Source: Gammaproteobacteria bacterium (GTDB taxonomy: Bacteria > Pseudomonadota > Gammaproteobacteria > GCA-001735895). Taken from it: 64,000 bases of DNA. The notes under the pieces were generated by a model. The model was not told the DNA's origin, made no database searches, and saw only the letters and a program-made list of their open reading frames with translations. Position numbers and translations under genes: made by a program. The stretch's first letter is position 1. Each line of letters opens with the position of its first letter. The DNA is taken from contig JBNKUM010000008.1 of NCBI GenBank assembly GCA_050298595.1, forward strand, positions 128,001 to 192,000. Reading direction: 5' to 3'. Below, one piece after another: positions 34,758 through 42,472 of this stretch.

Positions 34758-36815
34758 TTACTCGACAACCGGAAAATAAATTATAGTTTGATTATTTTTA
34801 GGCGTTGAAACAGTTATTGTTAATCTACCTGATTTACTATATGCGGGATCCGGATTACTAGGGTCTGGATTTGGATTAGAGTCAGAAATAGAAAAAAGTA
34901 TATCAGTAAAGCCTGAGCGCTGAGTATTTTCCACAGTATATGAAGTTGTACCAACTAACTTACCGACAGTCGAAGCAATACTGATAGTCGTTCCGACAGG
35001 TAAAGGCTGCCCATGTCTATCTGAAAAGGAAACTACAACATCCTTATCAGTAGTATCAACAATGTTTAATGTATCAAGTGCATCGGTATCTTGATTAGCA
35101 TATGTGATATCACCACTTGTTGCACTTATGTTGGCAAACGAGTCAGAAAAAACTATTACAAAAGATCTAGAGATATTTAATGTGGTTTGAGATGAGCAAC
35201 GAGAAGTATCGTTACATAAATTCCCATTATATTCAGTATCTGCATCATCATAGGTATGATTTTCATTAAAATCAGCAAAATACTCATCATCAAATAAATT
35301 GTTTTCGTTATCGTCCCTGAATGCCTCGGGTAATTGAGCTTTAATAGCCTCACCATCGCTCAAATAACCATCACCATTTTTATCAGAAAACGATTCAACT
35401 CCTTGAGTATAAGCCAAAATTGTTGACCGGCCATCAGCGGGGCGAGGATTAGCTGAGACCCAGATAACTGAGCAATAACCTGTTGAATCCGTAAAACATT
35501 TTGCACCAATTGAACCGCCCTCGGCCGTAAAAAACACAGGTGTACCAGCTGGAGGGGGATTATTATAAACGTCTGCTAACCGTACATATACATTCACCTT
35601 TTCCCCATCGTAGAGCCAACCTTCTACATTATGTATATCAGGGCTTAATGTAAAACTATCATCATCAGGTAACCCTGCATGAATAACCAGCCCAGTAGAC
35701 TGTGTAGATATTTGTTTTGAATTAACAGTAGCTGTAGCTGTGATTTTAACTACTGCCGGAACACTCCCAGATTGAACGACAGTCCTAACCTGTCCAGTAC
35801 TATCGGAAACTTCTGTAGTAGGGCTAAATGTTATCCCTCCAGCTGTACCATTGTTGCTGAAAGTAACAGTTTGCCCACCCAGAGGCTGACCCGTAGTATC
35901 CAGTACCTGAAAAAGTAATTCTGAGGTTTCCTGTAATCCTGCACCACCACCTCCAAGTAAGGTAATTGAATCAGGAGTAGCCGAAATAAATTTAATAGTA
36001 CCAGCCTGAATGGGTGAAACGGTCACAGTACCTGTTGCAGTAAATTCAGTTCCTCCAAATGTGGCTGAGGCAGTCACTGTATCAGGACCAACACAGCCTC
36101 TTGCCTGATATGTAGAAGTAGCTACACCAGAAGCAGTAACAACTGACGTATCCAAAGAGGCTGACGGAGTAGGTGATGTAGCGCATATCGATGAAAAACT
36201 AACCGCAATTGGAGTATCAAAAGCGGCTCCATTGCTGTCAACAAAATATGCACTTACAGAAGTAGTACCATTTGCAGATAAAGTTGAAGTTGCAACCTCT
36301 AACTGCCCAGAAACAAATGAAGCCCCTGAGTTATCACCTAAGTCGACATCAGGTGAAACAACAGCATAGTTAATGGTATCAGTATAATCGGATTGATCGA
36401 GGGATGTTGAAACGGTGACAGTATCCGCACCTGTGCTAGATAAAAACTCTAATGTAACAAAAGCATTACCCGATGCATCAGTCAATACTGAGGACGGAGT
36501 GGCTTTTGCTAATGAGGTAGTAATTGTAACCACACTACCAGCCGCTGCTGCGTCATCCTGATCAGCCACATGAATTAAAATATATCCTGGCTGATCCGCA
36601 GAAATTGAAGTTATATCATTATCTGTAGAATTGGGACCATCCTTCAAAGCCATTGTTACTGTAAGGCTTGTAGGTGTAGTTGTCCCCCCTTCAGCTGTAG
36701 TTGGATTTTCATCGGGGTTGGTTCTATTAGAATCACTACAACCAACCACACCCATAAAAGCTATAGAAAAAAAAGTGGATAAAATTAGTTTTGACATCTT
36801 CATAACGTATTCCAT
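34758..36815 (-). CDS. Surface lipoprotein with tandem Ig-like (invasin/Big-1-like) domains
   Basis: lipobox VVGC; Ser/Thr-rich beta repeats (TDASGNA, SDSTGQVRT, CFTDSTGYC); DKNGDG and DDNEN acidic Ca-binding-like loops. Confidence 0.75.
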   Translation of the reverse strand: MEYVMKMSKLILSTFFSIAFMGVVGCSDSNRTNPDENPTTAEGGTTTPTSLTVTMALKDGPNSTDNDITSISADQPGYILIHVADQDDAAAAGSVVTITTSLAKATPSSVLTDASGNAFVTLEFLSSTGADTVTVSTSLDQSDYTDTINYAVVSPDVDLGDNSGASFVSGQLEVATSTLSANGTTSVSAYFVDSNGAAFDTPIAVSFSSICATSPTPSASLDTSVVTASGVATSTYQARGCVGPDTVTASATFGGTEFTATGTVTVSPIQAGTIKFISATPDSITLLGGGGAGLQETSELLFQVLDTTGQPLGGQTVTFSNNGTAGGITFSPTTEVSDSTGQVRTVVQSGSVPAVVKITATATVNSKQISTQSTGLVIHAGLPDDDSFTLSPDIHNVEGWLYDGEKVNVYVRLADVYNNPPPAGTPVFFTAEGGSIGAKCFTDSTGYCSVIWVSANPRPADGRSTILAYTQGVESFSDKNGDGYLSDGEAIKAQLPEAFRDDNENNLFDDEYFADFNENHTYDDADTEYNGNLCNDTSRCSSQTTLNISRSFVIVFSDSFANISATSGDITYANQDTDALDTLNIVDTTDKDVVVSFSDRHGQPLPVGTTISIASTVGKLVGTTSYTVENTQRSGFTDILFSISDSNPNPDPSNPDPAYSKSGRLTITVSTPKNNQTIIYFPVVE

Positions 36816-36822
36816 ATTACTG

Positions 36823-37430
36823 TTAGTATCTTATTGATCGAATTTTATTTTTGTTCCTATCGAAGTATGAGCCTTCAGTAAAATACTATGTAAAGCTTAA
36901 CCCAAGAGTATCAAAAATGAGGTTCCTATTATCCACAGACTTATCGAATCTGTGAAGGTATTCAAGAATAAAGGTGAAATACTTACCGCCAAAAAATTTA
37001 ATGCCAACACCATTTGAAAACCCGCTCCCAGATTGATCATTGGTGACTTCATCATACAAATACAATCCGCCAAATCCCAGAAGAGTATAGGGATTGTATT
37101 TATCTAAATCTTTACCAGCTTTTAATTAACCACCATAAGTAACTACTCCGTGGTCTGACTTGATTCTAGATATCAAACCAAGTTGTCCTTCAATCGAAAC
37201 AATTTCATTTAAGACTATCCCATACTTCCCCTTAGCATATATCCCCAACCATGGGACTCATCATTGCCAGCATCGACTTTTAGATCATATATACTGCTTG
37301 AAAATTGGCATCCGTAAAACTCACCAGATAGATTCATCTCCGCAAAAACCAGGTTCTGGAAAGTAATACCAAAAATAAAAATCAATTTCACCGGGAATTG
37401 ATTTAAAAGAATTTTATTGATGCTTTTCAT
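36823..37430 (-). pseudogene. Pseudogenised small outer-membrane beta-barrel, paralog of 38827-39432
   Basis: reconstructed EMNLSGEFYGCQFS../KGKYGIVLNEIVSIEGQLG..TYGG*LKAGK..LEYL..FDTLGLSFT*YFTEGSYFDRNKNKIRSIRY; frameshift near 37235 and stops at 37126-37128 and 36886-36888. Confidence 0.9.
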
Positions 37431-38012
37431 GAGCGTCCTATGCAACTTCAAGTTTATCGAGATTGATTCCAATCTGTGCCTAATATTACAAATACACATT
37501 ATCAGGATAAACAAATGTGACAAAAAATTTTCCAAAACTCATTTCCCAAAAACGTCCACCACATGACAACTATTAACCACACCTGGAAAAGAAAGTATCT
37601 TGTCAAAAAAACATATCAGGCCTTTGAAGTGAATTGAAAATTGAACGTAAAACTAAGCTCGGATATCCATGTATTTATCAAATAAACCACCCCATCAAGA
37701 CGGTTTCGATATCAAAACATCCTACGAAGCAATATTAACTGATTTAATATAAATAATAGTCAGCATTCTTACAATAAGTAAAATAGCGTAGGCAAGAAAA
37801 CCATATAAGCTGTTTAGCGTACGACTCCATAAGCTCTTAATGTGCTACACATAGTCATCTCTACCATATCCCAAAGAAAACCATAGCTATTCATTTTTTA
37901 ATCTATATTACAATAATACGGTAATGTCGTAATGGACTACAAAATGGACCATCTATTAAGGATACATAATTGTTGGCGATCACAGTCTTATCAAAACAGA
38001 AAAAAGTTAGAT

Positions 38013-38264
38013 TTACAAAACCTGAATAAAAAAATCAAAATTTGACTTTTGAGAAGCGCCGACATAGGTAGGTGTTCCATCCGCAGCAAGGGTTGATCCA
38101 ACCATTCCCTTTACCACTCCGCAACAAAATGTTTAAAAGTCGGAGTGAGCAGAACTTATATCACGTATTTTTGCATCAAGGTTTATAATTGCTACACTAA
38201 CAGTGGATGCAGCTACCAGCGATAAAGCGCATGTAAGAGTAGCCAATTTGGATTTCAGTTTCAT
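38013..38264 (-). pseudogene. Truncated secreted fibro-slime-domain-like protein remnant
   Basis: signal peptide then IRDISSAHSDF*TFCCGVVKGMVGSTLAADGTPTYVG, resembling the fibro-slime N-terminal IRDF..HPDFE..G..G.V...L.ADG.P.Y; in-frame TAA at 38133-38135, frame ends at 38013. Confidence 0.65.
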
Positions 38265-38826
38265 TTTTTTCACCTCGTGAAATCGAAAAGGTGAATATAA
38301 CAACGCATCAATCAATCCATTTTTTAATGAACTTTATTAATACAATGACTTAATAAGTTATCAGCAATAAATACGTCATAAACCGTAAAAAAGGCTGGCA
38401 TCATGAGTCTTTTGAGTGTGAAAACTTTATACACAATTTTTCACAATTGTGAGCTGCTAGCTCTATCCTTTATGAAAAATATAAGTAACGACTCAGCGTA
38501 AAAACAAATGATAGCGGATAGCTCAATGAATAAACGCAGACAACTCACCTTCAAAAACAAACTTAAAAGTTGCGAAGCATTTCTCTTTTTCTTGCGGCAG
38601 ATAGAAACATAACCATGAACCCGGCAGAATATTTTAGCGTCCTATTCACTACGAAAACAGCCAGATATTTTCTGCTGCACTTTGGTCATACACCAAGCTT
38701 TTGTTAATTACGATCATTGACCAGAAAAATTTTCAAAAAGAAGTTGCTTTTCTCGTAATTATGTAACAAAGAGGAAAGAGCTTTATCACAAACTTTATTT
38801 CTATTTTTCAGAAGATCGTTTACAAC

Positions 38827-39432
38827 TTAATATCTGATGGACTTAATTTTATTTCTGTTTTTATTGAAATAAGACTTATCTTCTACGAAATAGTAGGTAT
38901 AACCGATTCCAAGCGAATCAAAAGTTAAATCTCCAGCATCGACAGATTTATTCAACACGGTTAAATATTCCAGTGTAATTGCGACCTCTTTACTGCCTAA
39001 AATCTCTAAACCCAGTCCGTAGGATCCACCAGCCTCCGATTCATTATTTTCAGCATCATAGCTATAGATTCCACCCAAACCGAGTAAACCATATAGTTTG
39101 TAATCTCCAAAATTCTTGCCAGCACGTAGATATGCCCCGTAAACCATAAGACTTTCTGCACCCTCTGGGCTGTTTGTAAATCCTAACTGCCCCTCCAACG
39201 ATACAGTATCATTCATAACCCAGCCATACTTGCCTTTAAGATGGCCATAACCAGTTTCTGTCGATCCTGAATTATATTCTAATTTATAATTACTGTTGGA
39301 AAACTGAATTCCGTAATAAGACCCCGTAAGTTCAATCTCAGCCTGTGCTGAAAAACTGAGTATTATTAAAGCCAGTGTAAGTGTTAAAAACCTGGCTGCA
39401 GATAGTAAGTTAGGTAGAGTTTTATTTTTCAT
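38827..39432 (-). CDS. Small outer-membrane beta-barrel (OmpA-TM/porin-like) with basic C-terminal tail
   Basis: signal peptide ending AQA, alternating strands (GKYGW, SLEGQLG, YGLLGLG, SYGLG, LEY, GIGYTYYF); start placed at MKNKT with AGAGG RBS. Confidence 0.8.
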   Translation of the reverse strand: MKNKTLPNLLSAARFLTLTLALIILSFSAQAEIELTGSYYGIQFSNSNYKLEYNSGSTETGYGHLKGKYGWVMNDTVSLEGQLGFTNSPEGAESLMVYGAYLRAGKNFGDYKLYGLLGLGGIYSYDAENNESEAGGSYGLGLEILGSKEVAITLEYLTVLNKSVDAGDLTFDSLGIGYTYYFVEDKSYFNKNRNKIKSIRY

Positions 39433-39612
39433 GAGTACCTCTGTGCAACTCATATTTGAATTGGGTTGATTATAGCCGAGACCTATAGCTTACCTTAAGA
39501 ATATAGAATAAATTTTTGACTTACAAGCCTATTCTAAAGTCATCAACCTTGGGACCAGTATTCAACAAACAATAACTTTAGCGTATGGAAGTACGCTTCA
39601 AGAAATTAGATT

Positions 39613-39652
39613 GAAAAGACGGAAATTCAACCCAGTATCTGGCTGAATTTCC
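39613..39652 (-). terminator. Terminator-like hairpin after lpdA
   Basis: GGAAATTCA...TGAATTTCC stem followed by GTCTTTTC on the minus strand. Confidence 0.55.
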
Positions 39653-39689
39653 ATTCTTCTTTTTGAGCAGAAAGCTTTCAACCAGTGAA

Positions 39690-41126
39690 TTAATTTTTCC
39701 TTGGGATATATAGATCAGTAATCGTTCCCTCAGCCATTTCCGCTGCGAAATTGAAGGTTTCAGATAATGTTGGATGTGCATGGATGGTCAACCCAATATC
39801 CTCAGCGTCGGCACCCATTTCCAGAGCTAGTACCGCTTCAGCAATCAACTCACCTGCATTTGGACCTACAATACCGGCACCGATAATTCGTCTGGTTTCC
39901 TTATCAAACAATACCTTGGTCATCCCTTCATCGCGATCAAGACCTAGCGAACGTCCGCTAGCAGCCCAGGGGAAAGCGCCTTTTTCATAAGCTATCCCCT
40001 GCTCTTTGGCGGCAGTTTCAGATACGCCCATCCAGGCGATTTCCGGATCTGTATAAGCTACCGAAGGTATAGTCATAGGCTCAAAGTATGATTTCATTCC
40101 CGCGATAACTTCAGCCGCTACCTTAGCTTCGTGGGTAGCTTTGTGCGCCAGCATAGGTTGCCCGACGATATCTCCAATGGCAAAGATATGAGGGACATTG
40201 GTGCGCATTTGCGAGTCAACGTTGATAAATCCACCTTCATCTACGTTAACACCCGCTTTATCAGCGCCAATTTTATGGCCATTTGGACGTCGTCCAACAG
40301 CAACCAGAACCTTATCGTAAACCTGCGGACCGGGATCATTCTTACCTTCAAAAGTCACTTTTAATCCACTTTTCTGGGCTTTGATGTCAGATACTTTGGT
40401 ACTTAGAAGAATGTCTTTATACCTGCCTTTTAGTATTTTCATTAGAGGGCGTACCAGATCCTTATCACAGCCAGGTATCAGTGAATCCATGAACTCAACC
40501 ACTGTGATTTCAGAACCAAGCGCATCATATACTGTTGCCATTTCCAGACCAATGATTCCACCGCCAATAATCAGCAGCTTTTTAGGTACTTCTTTTAATT
40601 CCAGAGCATCGGTTGAGTCCATCAAACGATCGTCATCATTTGGAAATACTGGAATTTGAGTAGCCTGAGAGCCCGCTGCGATAATACAGTTTTCAAATGA
40701 GACGATAGTATCAACGCCATCTTTAGTGACCTTTAATTGATGGTCATTGATAAACTCACCGTAGCCATTAACCACCTCAACCTTGCGTTGTTTGGCTAAC
40801 TGTTTTAATCCCCCCGTCAATTTGGTCACAACACGAGACTTAAAGCCATTGATGCCATCGAGATCAATTTTGGGTTTGCCAAAACTCACACCATTTTTTT
40901 CCATGTGAGCGGCTTCATTAATGATTTGCGCCGTATGCAACAATGCCTTGGACGGAATACAGCCCACATTCAGGCATACGCCGCCGAGTGTATCGTATCG
41001 TTCTACCAAAATGACCTGTTTGCCTAAATCTGAGGCACGAAATGCTGCAGTGTATCCACCAGGACCTGAACCCAGAACCAGCACTTCGCAGTGCATATTA
41101 GAATCGATAAGATCTTGTTTACTCAT
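39690..41126 (-). CDS. lpdA: Dihydrolipoyl dehydrogenase (E3)
   Basis: GSGPGGY, GGVCLNVGCIPSKALL, HAHPTLSE. Confidence 0.98.
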   Translation of the reverse strand: MSKQDLIDSNMHCEVLVLGSGPGGYTAAFRASDLGKQVILVERYDTLGGVCLNVGCIPSKALLHTAQIINEAAHMEKNGVSFGKPKIDLDGINGFKSRVVTKLTGGLKQLAKQRKVEVVNGYGEFINDHQLKVTKDGVDTIVSFENCIIAAGSQATQIPVFPNDDDRLMDSTDALELKEVPKKLLIIGGGIIGLEMATVYDALGSEITVVEFMDSLIPGCDKDLVRPLMKILKGRYKDILLSTKVSDIKAQKSGLKVTFEGKNDPGPQVYDKVLVAVGRRPNGHKIGADKAGVNVDEGGFINVDSQMRTNVPHIFAIGDIVGQPMLAHKATHEAKVAAEVIAGMKSYFEPMTIPSVAYTDPEIAWMGVSETAAKEQGIAYEKGAFPWAASGRSLGLDRDEGMTKVLFDKETRRIIGAGIVGPNAGELIAEAVLALEMGADAEDIGLTIHAHPTLSETFNFAAEMAEGTITDLYIPRKN

Positions 41127-42439
41127 TACAATAGTACCCTTCTGATATCCGTCATTAGTCGACTGAGATAGTTAGTAAAGCGCGCGCCCTGAGCACCATC
41201 GATAACTCGATGATCATAGGACAGCGCTAATGGAAGAATGAGCCCTGGTTTAAAGGTCCCATCCGATTGATAAACTGGTTGCATTTTTGATCGTGCCACT
41301 CCAAGGATTGCAACTTCAGGTGCATTTACAATCGGCGTAAACTGTGTACCGCCGATACCCCCAAGACTGGAAATCGAGAAGCATCCACCCTGCATATCTG
41401 CAGGTGAAATTTTACCATCACGGGTTCGGGCTGCTACCTGGGCCAACTCAGCTGAAAGTTCATAGATGCCTTTTTTGTCGACATCACGAATCACTGGCAC
41501 CATTAATCCATTCGGCGTATCGACTGCAACTCCAATATGAAAATACTTTTTAAGAATCAGGTTTTCACCAGTAGCATCCAGTGAAGCATTAAACTCGGGG
41601 AATTCCTGCAAAGCAGATACAACTGCTTTCATGATGAATACCAGTGGAGTCAATCTAACCCCTTTTTTTTCGGCTTCTTTCGCAAGAGATTTTCTAAAAG
41701 CTTCCAGATCGGTAATATCAGCTTCATCAAACTGCGTGACATGCGGAACAGTCACCCAGCTTCTATGCAAATGTGCACCAGAGATTTTTTTGATCCGACT
41801 TAGTGGCTGGTTTTCGATTTCACCAAATTTACTAAAATCTATCACGGGTGCGGCAGGTACGTTCAATCCACTTCCTGTTGCTGCTGGCACCCCGGCCTGC
41901 AGGGTAGACTTGACATACTGTTGAACGTCTTCCTTAAGGACGCGCCCCTTTTCTCCCGAACCATTAACCTTAGAAATATCTACCCCAAGCTCACGCGCAA
42001 AGCGTCGAATTGACGGGCTTGCATGCGCCATATTCCCCGGATGCATAGTTTCGTTTGAATCCGGTACCGGTGGTGGTTTTATAGACGAAGCTAATGAAAC
42101 CTCTGACTCTGTCGCCTTTTCAATAATTACAGCTGTATCTTCTTCAGCAGATGCTTTTTCAAAAGTCTCGATTCCTGCTGTACTTTCAGATGACGAGGAA
42201 TCAACTTCAATCACCGCTATCTCTTTTCCTTTTGAAATTCTATCCCCTACTTTTACTGCTACCGAATTGATTACACCTGCAAAGGGTGTAGGAATTTCCA
42301 TCGTTGCCTTATCCGATTCCAGGGTGATTATGGAATCTTCAGCTTCTACCTTATCACCCGCCGAAATCAGTACTTCGATGATTTCAATCTCATCAAAGTC
42401 TCCAATATCCGGTAATATTATTTTTTCTGTGTTAGCCAC
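41126..42439 (-). CDS. aceF: Dihydrolipoyl acetyltransferase (E2), single lipoyl domain
   Basis: LESDKATMEIP, HASPSIRRFARE, SYDHRVIDGA. Confidence 0.97.
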   Translation of the reverse strand: MANTEKIILPDIGDFDEIEIIEVLISAGDKVEAEDSIITLESDKATMEIPTPFAGVINSVAVKVGDRISKGKEIAVIEVDSSSSESTAGIETFEKASAEEDTAVIIEKATESEVSLASSIKPPPVPDSNETMHPGNMAHASPSIRRFARELGVDISKVNGSGEKGRVLKEDVQQYVKSTLQAGVPAATGSGLNVPAAPVIDFSKFGEIENQPLSRIKKISGAHLHRSWVTVPHVTQFDEADITDLEAFRKSLAKEAEKKGVRLTPLVFIMKAVVSALQEFPEFNASLDATGENLILKKYFHIGVAVDTPNGLMVPVIRDVDKKGIYELSAELAQVAARTRDGKISPADMQGGCFSISSLGGIGGTQFTPIVNAPEVAILGVARSKMQPVYQSDGTFKPGLILPLALSYDHRVIDGAQGARFTNYLSRLMTDIRRVLL

Positions 42440-42472
42440 GTTGTGCTCCGCTCATATCCGCTGCTAAAAAAA

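Noticed and set aside
36886-37128. Both nonsense codons in the barrel pseudogene replace Tyr, suggesting stop-codon recoding
   Set aside because: TAT/TAC to TAA/TAG is a single substitution, a frameshift is also present, and TAA/TAG act as normal stops throughout the window
37215-37535. 106-aa ORF as an independent gene
   Set aside because: It is the 5' fragment of the barrel pseudogene plus an artificial upstream extension
37450-38010. AT-rich gap examined for a CRISPR array or ncRNA; AAGAAAACCATA occurs twice about 80 bp apart
   Set aside because: Only two short copies, no regular array, no cas genes, no convincing structure
38441-38452. 12-bp palindrome TCACAATTGTGA
   Set aside because: Single short palindrome in AT-rich DNA; cannot be distinguished from chance
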